Below, in pieces: positions 26,341 to 39,542 of a stretch of DNA of 64,000 nt. The notes below the pieces were generated by a model. That model ran no database searches. It saw only the letters and a program-made list of their open reading frames with translations, and had not been told where the DNA came from. Source of the DNA: Botryllus schlosseri. Its lineage: Eukaryota. How positions within the stretch are numbered: the stretch's first letter is position 1; the number at the start of each line of letters is the position of its first letter. The position numbers and the translations under genes were made by a program. The stretch spans positions 23,002,001-23,066,000 of the forward strand of contig CM119371.1 in the NCBI GenBank assembly GCA_051294905.1, given 5' to 3'.

Positions 26341-28708
26341 CGATACGTAGCGACAATCCAGGCCTCATTATGCCATAATGTTGTGATACAGCAAAACTTT
26401 TTAAACATCTCCAAATGTATGAACTGGAACAATCAGATGCTCTAATAATGAGATCAAACCAATATCTTCCGTCGCTTGCCAACAAAATCGCCGGAGACTT
26501 GCAAAGGAATATAAGCTTACACCAGTGCTGTACAATCTTTTCGCTACGGTACACCCTTTTAACGTTTGCTAAAAATCTTGCACCCCTGACCACGTAATAT
26601 ACCGAGTGCATGGTGCGGCGAATCTAGGGCATGCTCGTCCATTTTGCTATACCCGGCCGCATTCCGTTTACATATATGGAACGGCTGCATTCCAGCAGAG
26701 AATCTTCATGGCCCATCTGGACGGCAATTACTCATGTAGGATCGGCTACCGGGATATTCGCACTGCGGAGAGCCCATGTAGTGTTCTGTGCCATCAATGA
26801 TATCTTGAGATATACCTTGCGTAATAAAGTTTGTTTTGGTGGAAGTGGAGTTTTCCCGCATGCTTATATGCACCTAAATGGCGAGTATGAATATTATGAA
26901 AAGGTGCGGGAATCAGCATCTAGACGCGCGGAGCGGAAAATTTTTCTCAATCTAGTGAATGAATTCTGTCCATATTATTGGTAGTTCCGCATATTGCTGT
27001 CAAATGTTTATCCATTCTCAATCCATGTGATGAGATTAATTAGTAGAGCTGATCGAGGGGTTGTCTTCGAAACTCTCGGTTTATATTGCTCAGTTTGTTG
27101 CATATCGTTGCCCCCCGTCAGGATTATGAAAGGTACAATATATCACGCGACACACACGATTCAAACTTGGTATTTCTTTATGACGCACATCATTTTCCTC
27201 TGCGGTTCGCATTTATACGGTAGGGCTCAAATCGCAAGGACACTATGTCAGCCGATGTTATGAAGGAAATAGAATACACTAGGCCCGATTTTGACATAAA
27301 TCTCCTGACTGGACATCTTCCGTTTAACGCGGTGTCTAAACCACCTTGGCCTGTACGACATATTTCCTTCATAACATCGGCTGACAACTATATGAAGTTC
27401 GATATCTGATTGACTGCTGGAGCGTGAAGCCCCTGTGGAAATTCCAATGCATTGCAGCTCAATTACGGTGGCGTTCTGAAGCAAACAGCTGCAGCCCAAA
27501 TTTTTGTTTTGTTTTGCCCTTCAATTTGGGACCACATCATTTTTACAGTGCCGTGCCCCTTTAAGATTAATCAAAGTGTAAAACGGGTTTCTAGAGTTGC
27601 TACCGATATTACCACCTAAAGTCCTAAACAGATATACAATAGCCAACACCCCATTCGTTCGGATTTGGATTTTATGATAGAATATGCATACAAAATCAAG
27701 GCGGCTCCCGTACTCCTACTACATTTTTACAGTAGACAAAGATGTATTCTTGATATCAATTTCAGTGACTGGTGTAGGATAAACACAAATCGCTGACTAC
27801 CTACACGTAGTTCATTTCGTTTTTGAGGCTGTATGATTTCGGGCCAAACTCACAGCAGAGAGTCACTAAATATTCAAAAACGGAAAGCTGAATATTTCGA
27901 GCAAACATTTATAATCAACAAAGTTAAATTGTGGAAATTAGCAAGCGCGTCAAATTTCGTGAGTACAATCAGCCTTCCGGGAGGTTCAATCTCATCTGAC
28001 AACAACTCGTCGAGTAACCCTCCCCCTCTTGCCGTCTCACGACAACATTCGTAATATTTTTCATGTAGTTTTTATTCCAGGAATCAAATATAATATGATT
28101 ACCCGAATGCATTTAATTCTTCCAAGTCTTGGATGTTGCTTCGTCTGCCCAAATAACTACAGATCAGTCCCGCGAAATTGTAATTTTGCCTGTAAATAAT
28201 TGGACTGCAATAGATAAGTTGTCATGCAAAGGTGATTTTTTTTAACAATCATAAGAAATGACGTAGATGTCGTTGGGCCTGTTCACCTCGGGCAGACCTA
28301 TATATGACGGACCTATATCTGATGTAACATTGTAACTGATGATTCCGGGATGTAAATTACGGATAAATTAGACGTGATGAACTAAGTGACTTAGATTTAT
28401 TATTTGGATACAAAGAAATTGATAGTACATTCAACAATCGTACGCGAGTTGGTGACTGAGAAGCGACAGAATATATACATTACACTTACAGTTATGAATC
28501 GATTCTGTTTTTCTATAGTCCTGGATAATAAGAACTTTCGACACCTGCAAGAGTAAAAAGCTCGCATCACGGATTTCGCAAGAATAAGTGTGTTATGCAG
28601 TGTTATCGTAACGGGGCGGATATATATGTGTGAAATTTGACTCACGCTATCCTATCTTATTAGTAATGCGTAATTTGGCATATGGCCGTGACGGCTCTTT
28701 CTATAGGG

Positions 28709-29514
28709 CCGTGGTTCTCAATCTTTTAGTCTTAGCGGACCCTTTTTGACCCGTCACGGACCCCCGCATACCCCCAAAGTTGTGGTTTATTTTAGTTCTA
28801 TTGTCGTGCAACCGTCATCTGTCCTGTGCATATATGAAATGAAGGAGAGTTAATAACAGCATAGAAATGACCATTCTTGCAAATAGGATCATAGCCTACT
28901 ATTCTTGTAGAAATTGTGAAGAATTTCATTATTTCAAAGAAAAATTATATAGTTGAATTTCTTGAAATAAACGATGGTGGTTGAAATTCTGCGCCGTTTA
29001 TTTGATATCAACGAGTGCCGATAATCCATTTCCACTATAAGATATAGGTGGTAGCGAATGTGGTAATAACGCGCAACGCGTCCCATGACAGTTTTGACTA
29101 TGATCGCAACATATACGATACCAAAATCGGAGAAACTGATCTTTAGTGAACATGTAACGTTCACCATAGTCATTTCTATCTTGCAGATCACCTTGAAGTT
29201 ACTTTGGAATATCGGTTATGCCTATCAGAGGAGAAAATGCATTTTTGCTGGGCAAATTATTTCCAAAACTACGACAATACATCTATAATCAGCAATAGTT
29301 TCGCATCGGTAGGATATTGGCGTTTTGGCAATCAAAATGAGTTTGCACAGTAGAATATTTCATCTGAGACGGCCATTCTGTTTTTGTGAGTAATGAAGTT
29401 TTGGCAGTTTTGATGCGAAACGGACAACAAAATCTGGTTATTACCATTCTGCAAATTTGGAGGTTTCGCGGACTCCCTGAAAATGCTTCGCGGAACCCTG
29501 GTTGAGAATCACTC
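28709..29514. mobile_element. hAT MITE
   Basis: Ends CCGTGGTTCTCAA / TTGAGAATCACTC; flanks CTATAGGG / CTATATGG (7/8 TSD). Confidence 0.75.
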
Positions 29515-29850
29515 CTATATGGCAACTGGGACAGTGCCGCACTTGAAATTATGTGCTATAACAATTATTTACCATTCATAGACGCACAGCAATCAATGTA
29601 TGCCGATAACAAAATTACGGCAAAAATAGCATATCTTGGAAGTTTTCGCTTGTAAACGCGTATGAGGGGCATATATAACTCATAATAAGCATATTAGGAC
29701 ATATTATCCTCTAAATTCATCTTCTTACTAGGGCGATTTTTTATCATATCGAAATAACTCGAAATTTTGCCAAGATTGCAGCGTTATTTTCAAAATTGTC
29801 AAAAGTGTTTACAGAATCAAAATTTTCTGCAAGCGACATTTCGTTTATAT

Positions 29851-30186
29851 CAGTGGTTCCCAACCTTTTTCGACCCATCGCCCCCTTTTCAAGGTCAACA
29901 CCGATCATCGCCCCCCAAATTTTGTGTACCGAAAATTGGGCATACAAACTGTAATCACCGGCGGGTTGCCTAAAAAAAAAGGTCAAATTTTCGGCTCGAT
30001 GTCCAATTTGAAACACTTTTGTAACTAAATTTCCGTGGGTTAACTAAAGAAAAAAAAAGGTAAGCCGTTTTGACGCGTCATCGCCCCCCCCCTTATCGCC
30101 CCCTTCGCTATTTTCGCCCCCCGTCGCCCCTTTTGTTCATTTTCGCCCCCTGTCGCCCCCTTCGTCATTTTCGTTGGGAACCACTG
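29851..30186. mobile_element. 336-bp hAT MITE with TCGCCCCC subterminal repeats
   Basis: TIR CAGTGGTTCCCAAC / GTTGGGAACCACTG; exact TSD GTTTATAT. Confidence 0.93.
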
Positions 30187-33100
30187 GTTTATATCGTAGG
30201 TGTTTTCACTGTCGATAAATCATAGCCTACATCAAGGGTCGGAAACATTTTTCGTCAAAAGAGCCATATTGACCCTATATTTTCAAATGTAAAACTGAAG
30301 GAACCATACGATGAAATTCAATTGACTGCTACGTCACAAGTGAAGATTCGTGACGCCATGTTGTCACGAAATCGAATTTAATTTCATGTGTTTCCTCGTA
30401 TGCACCATATTTTAGTGTATACAATGTTGTGATGTTATAACGTATGCACTAATAACCTGGTTGACGGACGTCTGACCGTGCAACGTATTGAACAAAGGCG
30501 ACTGGGCATTAGTAGCCTATAATCATACAGGCGTCACCGTGTCTGCTTTCCCTCTGATTAATCAACACATTCTTCAATACAAGATTTCAATTCGTACAAT
30601 AGTGGACACGGGACATTATGATAATATATAATATATTGACATCTTTCTTTTTGTCACCATATTGCACCATATTCGTGTCGAACCTGACGGATTTGATTTG
30701 TCTGAGGTATTCCACGAAATAAGTTTTGCTCGGAAAATCTATTGCATTAGCCTGATAATATTGAGCAAATATGAGCATCTAATATTTGCCATAAAGTTCA
30801 AGATTTTCAGTTAATGAGCTTCCATTCTTGCTCCTCCTATCCATGATGAATCGATGTTTGGACCTCATACAAACATAATGGTATGCCCGTCGGTATAAAA
30901 AAATTCAAAACTGTGGGACGATATTGATAAATAATGGGAAAAGGTGACTAATTGGAAATTTATCGGCAAAAGCGCCATTGGATCCCGACCACGGGGACCT
31001 TTTTCGAACGAAGAGTCATATTGGCTCAATCTTTTAAATTGTAACTCCCAAAGAGCCATACATGCAAATCAATTGTTACACCACAATTGAACAATCGTGA
31101 CGTATTGGTAGCACAAATATATAGGATTCGTAGTGCATCATAATTTCTGCCGACATGTCGGGAGCGAAGCATGTCACTACAGCAGTACATACCCACCGTG
31201 TGATACGTCAGTGACGTGGGGTTAAAGAAGGCAAACGAGGCAGTGCCTCAGAATGAAAGACTAGATCATGGCCATTTTATTCCCCAAATCACAGAATTTT
31301 CGTAATGATCGTTCGGAAATAAAGCGCTAAAGGTGGGGTAAGACTCAAATGAGGCACAGAGCCTCACCTGTGACAACGCAACTCATCGTAAATAGGTTAG
31401 AATTTGTAATAGCGGTCACTTCCATGGGATTTTATTTCTCGGTGTAGATTAGGAAGAAACAGTGTATTTGAAAACTGCATCGTCCTGCCAGTGTCGCCAT
31501 GTCTGCTGTTCTCTTTCGTCAATAAAGGTCTCGTGCAATCCGCATTTGGAGGCAAGCGATGGTTGATCAATCGGACTCGCGAGTGGTGTTAGTCACCCGT
31601 GCGTCAACAACTTAAATCTGGGGATTTTGAAAAGAAGACACTGCGAGCCCCTAACCATGAATACCCCACTGTCTTTGACCTCTCAAAGGCATGTGTGTGC
31701 TGCCAAGAGAATAATTAATCCCGCTGTCATGAAAATTTACTAACATGATGCTGCAATATTGATAAATTAAGTACAGAAAGAATCATATCTGAAATAGCCA
31801 TATTTTATATCCAAAAGAGCCATATATGTCTCGTGAGCCAATATGTTGCCAACCACTGATCTAGGGAGTAATCAGTACAGTTAGATACGCAAAATACGTA
31901 TTACGCTTATTTCGACAATGTAACGGCCATGATATTTACTTTTTCGAGACAATGGCATTGGACTTACCTGGGCAACCAGGGACCCAATATGCATCAATGC
32001 AGCCAGTTCCACTCCATTTAAGAGGTTTAGGGCAATGACGCAAGTACTTCATACCTACGCAGCAAACGGAATGTACAGTTAATGGACAGTGTGGGTGACA
32101 GTCGCACACGTTTTTAAATTAGTCGATTACTTGTGTTCATCGACATTAATTCGACATCGGATCAGAATAAATTGATACGAACCAAGTGAGCATATGTAGA
32201 AATCGCTGCTACAATCAGCAACTGAGTAATATTGGCGATCTGTGCAACTGAATGTTGTAAATATAAAAAAAGGATATCCTTCAATGACAGATATATTTCC
32301 TGTAGAAATGCAAAGGAGTGGAAATTTCCCAAACGGCAATATATATTAATACCTTATATTATATTAATACGTCATTAACCATGTAAGAGCCATGCCAAAC
32401 TAGTTTCTGTCGCATATTTAAAATCAAACGAACGATCATCGCAGACAGCAGTACAATCTTTAGTCGAATAATGATCAATAACATGGCGTCAACCTATAAT
32501 GTTTAATGTTTATACTGCAGCAGCCCGATTGGAGCTTTAAATCTGGTGCGAATTTTGTTTCTTTATTGAGTTTTTTGGTCATACGACTCGAGTTGAAACC
32601 GAATTATTCTCTGAACTATGTAATCCAGACTCTAGCTAGCTAGAACGTAAAGGCTGACGTGAATTCAATCTTTGATTTTAATCGTTCATCGGTAGTGACA
32701 TTCGAACGCGGCAGGGTACGTTAGAGTTCAACGAAATAAGACGATTTTTTAATCGCATCGCAAGTCATGCCATTTGCAATCACGTGTATCTTATCGCATT
32801 CATCCAAAAGATACGCCGCGTTGTACAGCGTAATAGCGTATGATTTCCACGAATTCGGTCGGCTAAGGCGCTGTGTTGTTGTTGTCTTTTTATCGTCATC
32901 ATGGTGTTTCTCGACTACAGTGGTCATTTACACCAGGCCGATTTTACGAGGATGAGTTGGCGCTGTGAGTGTGCTAAGCAATGCTCATGCTAAACGTGAG
33001 GACAATACAGTCCAAGTCATGTGTAAAGCTTATTCATTATCGCTATGCTGCAACGAAAAAAGGATATATTTCCAAACATATACGCTGCACTTACCTGATT

Positions 33101-33879
33101 CCAACACTGCAATAGTTACGTTACGATAACAAGATACAAGATCACCGACATATTTTAAAGTGATTTAATTGCTATCGATATACTTTATTGAGCTGAAAAA
33201 TACTAATTCAATTCTTGACGACAGGAGATGCCTGCAGTAGTCTATCAAATCATTGGCTTATGCATTATAAAATCAGTGCGTATGAAACTTGACTGGACGC
33301 GCCCCCATGACGGGTAAGATCTTGTCCAATTAAAACATCGCATCACTGTACATTTGGAAATGCGTTTAGGCATTGCAGCTTGCGTCCAAGGTTTGAACAT
33401 CTATTGCAACCGCGTAAAGTAACTTTCATCAATTGGATTTAATGGAGTGGGATTTTCTTCACTATGTCAAATATAATGCCTCTGTAACTCAGCGGGAGTC
33501 CTTCTTATAGGGCAAAATCTACTGCTATGGTCACTGTTTTAGACTTTACTTTAATAGATGTAGGAGCCAAAGCTGGTTATGTAGAAAATACAGAAATTAT
33601 AGTCTGCAACTCTGCATATATATGTGATTAGATAGATCGTCATGATATATCGCCACACAATAAGTGATTAACACTAGAACTAACGAAACTTCGAACTACC
33701 TAAAACTACCTTGTGGCTTTTTGACGCATGTTGAATCTTCTTCGATTAAATGCATTTACCGGAGCTAAAAATCGGCACAAATCTCAACAAACGGCATCAG
33801 AAACCATTGTTTATTGCGCTCACAGCTACTTGCAATATTTTACATACACCTCAGGTCAACACTTATTAAACAAATCGCC

Positions 33880-34680
33880 GTTTTTTGCTGTAACATATAA
33901 GTGTTGCTCTGGTGCGCATTTGGTATTTGAGCACGTTCTTTAAAAATTTTGAGTAGGTTCCAGATCCGCCTTAGCCACATCATCATTGTTGGTTATTGCT
34001 GACATATCATAAAGCTTATCAGACAAGATTTGCATATTTTTATAGTATCGGCATTTTGGCACGTAGAAGATCATTCACATTCTAAGAAAACATGCACGGA
34101 CCATCGTCGACTTGTTGGTACCGTCATAGAATACTGCCTTACATCCTGACCAATAATATCACCCTGGTTTTGCTTCGTTATAACATTTAACCCTCACTGT
34201 TTTCTTGTTTGTGTTGTTTCTGAAGGAAACAGTTACCTCCTGTTGGAGTGAACTCAATATATATGTGTACAACTTCGATCTCTACACTGTCATCTCGCCG
34301 TTACGCTTATCAACAAGATGATAGCTTTGAAAAGTGTGGCTATATGAAGCTGCCTGTGTTCCTTCTGGTCTTGGGTAGCTTCAAGCAACTTTTGACAATA
34401 GTGTCAACTGGGACTTCGTTTGCTTCTCCAAGCGTATACAGCCACATTCACGTAACATTGCTTCGAGATGGATTACATCAGACTCTTCACATCACTATGC
34501 TTGGCAAATGCATAGATTATGGAAGACGTGTGCTATCCTATACTTTCCTAAATATGAGACGCCCTTGTACAGATACTTGGTAGCAGCAGCGTCCACCATC
34601 TGACATTTTACCCCAATTATTTGCTGGCATTTCGACCATGTAATGAACGAGAACAATATTATTTTTATCGAGTCCGCACC
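33880..34680 (-). pseudogene. Heavily decayed piggyBac transposase
   Basis: Frameshifted pieces in piggyBac order: VHYMVEMPAN, IGVKCQMVDAAATKYLYKGVSYLGK, RSNVT, NEVP, GDIIGQDVRQYSMTVPTSRRWSVHVF. Confidence 0.75.
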
Positions 34681-35131
34681 TTTTTGTTACTCCTTATGTC
34701 AATAGAAAGCTCATGACCTCCATAAACCTGTTCTTCGAGAGGGCCTGACTAAACATAATGCACCCATGCCCTCAGTCCTCATATGCATTCAATTCACTAG
34801 ATTCAGCTCACTATCCCCTCGAAGATCCATCTCGTAGACCGGAGCAAAGGCCCTTTGCCCTTGTACAACCCTAGTATATTAGTATGGACAATACAGAAAT
34901 ATAATATTACAGAGCTTTGGTGACTCGGAACGAGGAAGATCCGGGGCCTTCAATTACAAGGGATGTTGTTGCTAATACAGTTAGACCAAGTCGATATTAA
35001 CAAAGTTTTGTTGTTACAAACGGCTTTTCTGCGTTTATCAGATACATAACCACTTTCAAGAATATGAAACTGCGATGCCTGAAGGTAGAAAAACTGTAAT
35101 GAGTCAAAAAAGCCACTCGGTAGTTCTAGGT

Positions 35132-36613
35132 CAGTGGTTCTTAACCTTTTTTCCTTCAGCGCCCCCTTTCAAAAATTATCGTGCTCCAGCGCCCCCCCCC
35201 CCAACTTCATACTGTAAGGAATTTAATAAAGACAATGAGTAAGAGGGAGGGCCGTAACAGCACTTCGTCAACCCCCTAAAAATGATTGCCTTGCGCACCA
35301 ATAGCGTGATAAACCGAACTTCTGAGGGCTTCGCCCCCACGAACCCCCTATCGTTATTTCGATGGTCAGCAAAGTTCGTGTGGCCTGGTCGCCCTAGGTA
35401 CCAAAATTTTCTATAGTGCATGAATGAATAGGTGGTAATTACATATATAAGTCGCGATAAACTGAGTGAGCTGTTGTATAGGAAGATAAAGGGCACGTAA
35501 TTAATAATTAAACATATTCGGGCGTGCCCGCAGGTACAAGTATCCGTTACCAGGACCGTAACAGCACTTCGTCAGCCCCCCCCCCTCCAAACAAAAAACG
35601 TTGGTCCTTGGCCCCCATCGGGTGATACACCAAGCTTCCGGGGGACTTCACTCCCAGACCCCCATTATAGGCTGTCCTCTATTTGCTGAAAGCCTATTAG
35701 GTATCTACATTGGGTGTCCATTTACTGATGCAGCTATTCACGCCTAGTCGCGCGAGGCGCGAAAAATTCCACTAATTAATGATTGAATTGGTCAATATCA
35801 TCAGGAATTGCATGTAAATTGAGATTAATTTTTATCCTCTCTCTGCTCACGTGAACACATTTACCGGTAGAGCTGAGTCAGGTGCAATGTTCCCTCTAAG
35901 CTGCGCACGTGCGCAGTGCTGACACGGTCTCTGGGCACAGAAAATCTACGTTGCGCACAACAAATCCGAAGTTATCACCTTTTTTAAGTCGATACGCACT
36001 ATTGTCCAGGGGTCAGCGCAGTGAGTTGTTGAGTGTGCGCAGACTCATCAAAACTTAACGCGAACATTGTGAGGTTTCTTGGAAACTGTAGGGCCTGTTA
36101 CTAATAATTAAACATATTCGGGCGGGCGAACCCGTTGGTATGACTTCGTTGCATGATGTTATTTCGTGACCCCCTGTCTGCAATACCAAAAAATATAGAA
36201 TCGCTCAACGGGGATATCGCCCAACAGGAATATCCCTGTCGCCCAATCGTACTAAACTAAAAGACGCACACGATTTCGGATTGGTATTTCTTCACTGACA
36301 TACGTCTTCTGGGGTTCAGATTGCCAAGACAGGAACATTCGGTGTCAGTCATTTAGGCGCCCATGGGCAATTAAACCTATATGTATTTTGAAGGCTATAT
36401 GTAACGAAGTTTTCGGTGTTAATTTGCTCTGAATACTCATTAAGGATATGTCATATCACCACATCATCTACTGCGAAGCCATTTTTCTCCAGCGCCCCCC
36501 ATACCGCCCCCCTGAGCCCAGCGCCCCCCATATCGCCCCCTGAGCGTTTCCGCCCCCCTTCAAAATCGCCAGCGCCCCCTGGGGGGCGCTGGTGGCAAGG
36601 TTAAGAACCACTG
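35132..36613. mobile_element. 1482-bp non-autonomous Charlie-type hAT element
   Basis: TIR CAGTGGTTCTTAACCTT at both ends; exact TSD TTCTAGGT; AGCGCCCCC subterminal repeats; second copy inverted at 62427-64000. Confidence 0.95.
35885..36069. mobile_element. CAATGTTCCCTCTA-family MITE nested in 35132-36613
   Basis: Ends CAATGTTCCCTCTAAG / GCGAACATTG; homologous to 13802-13994. Confidence 0.85.
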
Positions 36614-37129
36614 TTCTAGGTAGTTCTGTGTATAACTTTTTTATTTGTACTAGATGAGTGATAAAAATCATAGGTAAGGTGACCTACAGAAAATAAATAA
36701 AAGTCAAGAAGTTTCAGCCGAACAGCGTAAGATTTGACTGAATGCGAGCTCTTCAAAAATGAAAATGCGTCAAAAAAGCCACTTGATCGTTCTAGTGTTA
36801 AACGTATAGCGAAGGCCCAGCAAAGTCATTCAGCAGTACTGATGAACGGGCATTGTACACTTCCAATATATTGAAGCTGTTACATACGGAACTTTCAATG
36901 GACTATAGTGTTTATTCGTGAAAGCAGTGATCACCAAAAACGATAAATTCAATAAATAGCTTACATCATGATTCAAATTTTTGCATTCAACTAAATATCA
37001 AAATTTCAACAACTCCTGGATGAGTCTTCTTAATGTATGTTTATTGCAATAATTAGCTGTGATTCTTCGCTCACGCATAATTCTGTTAAATACGCGAGCG
37101 GACATTTACTGGTGACAGCAATAGACGGT

Positions 37130-38122
37130 GACCTGACTATTTTGATCATTCTCGTGTTCCCTGTAGTATCTTTCAATGTATAATATTCGAGATCTTCTCT
37201 ACAACATACTGCTCAACAAGAATCATTGCTTAAATTAAATTAATTCAGAGCAAGACATCGTCACGCCTATATGGATTCAGTGATCAATCCCTGATTCATA
37301 AAATTACTAGTCTTGTCGAATTCTCTTATAGATATACATACGACGGATATTTTTTGTCACATCTGGTGGTGTTACGGAGGTATTACAAGTTTATTTCATC
37401 ACGCGGTGTGCGAGTCGCATATCCGTGAGAAATGTATCCGCGGATGGCATTACAAGAGATGCGTTGTTGCTTGATGTAACGTATCCTGGTCTTGCAGAGT
37501 TGGGGAACGACTACTAGATCATTACATCTCATGTTACAGATCTTCTTCTCACGTAGTAGAAAATGGTTCCTATGAAAGGATTTAGGGCCTAATCTACACC
37601 ATATGGATTATTTATATCATGTTCGTGCATTTTACGTCGGTATCGTCTGTCTCTTATCTGTATAGGATTAGTAATCACCACTAATCATTATTTACATATG
37701 TATCGTACTGTGTACCTCACCCTTGTGTTTTTTCCTCTGTCGTCATTCGTTTAACTGCACTCTCGATCATTATTGCCTTTAAAGATACTGCGCTGATAAT
37801 ATACTGATTTCATATTGGAACCTTGTCGTATGCGGTATTGCTCCAAGAAGGCTACGAACATATCAATTTGTACGAAAATAGCTTGGAACATAAACACGGC
37901 TGTCACGCAACTTCGTTTCGAGAATGAGATCAGGGCTGTAGCCTATAGTCAATACCTTTCCTGTATTGCGCGAACTCTTGAAAGGTTCTGGTTCGTATGA
38001 AATAGAACCTATTCGAAAGGTACCCTCTTAACGCGACAGTCAACACAAATCTTTGACGTTACTTGAAGTCGTATTGCTTATTCCAACTCTTCATTTTCGT
38101 AAAGTCGGATATTCATGCACGT
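37130..38122 (+). pseudogene. Decayed coding-like segment, paralog of 25590-26340, cut by the 38123 insertion
   Basis: Same alignment as 25590-26340; homology stops at the TIR starting at 38123. Confidence 0.45.
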
Positions 38123-38599
38123 TAGGGTTGTTCAAAATTCGGAAAATATTTGGAATACTGCGTATCCATGGCTTACTCTGTAGATTATTGTTGAAAACAA
38201 TGATGGGCCTGAAAAAATCTCGCAAGAAAGTCGGTAAGATTTGTCTACACGCGTTTGAAAGTCGTTGTTGAAGAGTGGGCGGGCCACCGAAAGCAGAGTT
38301 CAGAATAGGCGGGCAATCACGAAAGCACGGTTCTTGATTGGGTAATTGATGAGACGTTAGTAGTACTGTAACACGTGTTCTCTGAATGCTTTAGAGTTGA
38401 TGGCAGTAGTTTATGATATGGAGCAACAATATTGCAGTCGTGGCAGAGGCAAAACGGCGAAACAGTGCTTCACATGTAACCAGCAAGTGTTTCCCATGAA
38501 CACGATCAAATTTTATAAACGTCAAAATTGTATTTTTTGCCTGTGGAGAGACTGATATTAGGGTTGGATGCGCGTTAGGGTCAAAGTTGGGGTCAGGGT

Positions 38600-38825
38600 A
38601 TCCCAAGATTAGGTTTGGTGGAGGAGGTATTAAGGTAAGAGGAGAGGATGTTGGGATAGGGGGATATTAGGGTTAGGTGAGGGTTAATGTGGGTTAGGGT
38701 ATTCCAAGATTAGTGTTGGGGAAGGGGGATATTAGGGTTAGGTGAGGGTTAATGTGGGTTAGGGTATTCCAAGATTAGTGTTGAAGAAGGGGGATATAAG
38801 GGTTGGAGTTGGGTTAGGGTCCCGA
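38600..38825. repeat. TTAGGG-rich tract with a ~57-bp tandem duplication
   Basis: GGGGATATTAGGGTTAGGTGAGGGTTAATGTGGGTTAGGGTATTCCAAGATTAGTGTTG occurs twice. Confidence 0.8.
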
Positions 38826-39542
38826 GCTTGCCCGGTTGGGGTTATAATTGTCGCCCGATATACCTGAAATTCTCCATTTAATGTTATATTCCTCTAAATC
38901 TGAACGGGACATTTAGAGGTAAACGGTAAACATTAGGAGCATGAAAACATTCCCGATGCATTCCTTATGGGTCTAAGGGCGACAATTTAGTTTTTGTTTA
39001 GAGCACGTTAGGGTTGTTCAGAATTGACCGACTTTCAAAAAGTCTAGGTTTTCAGTCCGTTTCCCATGCCTTATACCTTAAAAACAATATCTGGCAACTT
39101 TTTTTTGTAATTCATCCCCTGCATCCGTGTGCACATTGAGCTGGAAAAATAGCAGCTGAAAATAGGGGATTGCCCTAAAATCTGAGTGTCACGATTTTAC
39201 CTAGCCTAGTTAAAGTGACATATAACATGGATTTATGCAGCTGTTGCGGTTTGGAGTGCTACAAAACCCCACTATATAAGGCATTCCTAGTTCAGGATAT
39301 CATTTCCATGTCCCACACTGCCTTAGAACTGCTCAAAACTACCTAAAACTGATAGTCATTTTGTTGGATCACATATCCTACACCCCTCAAACCTACCCGG
39401 CACTGTTCATCAATTTCCTGGATCCCCATGTGCAAGAATACAACTGTAAATGTAGCATCCACTCACAGCCACATAATAAACATCACAGGAAACGAAAAAA
39501 TAAGGCAAAGAAAGAGATCAACTTGGCAAAATATTACATAAA

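Noticed and set aside
30233-31858. Possible 1.6-kb hAT element
   Set aside because: TIR-like ends present but flanks (GCCTACAT / ATCTAGGG) give no TSD; pairing unsupported.
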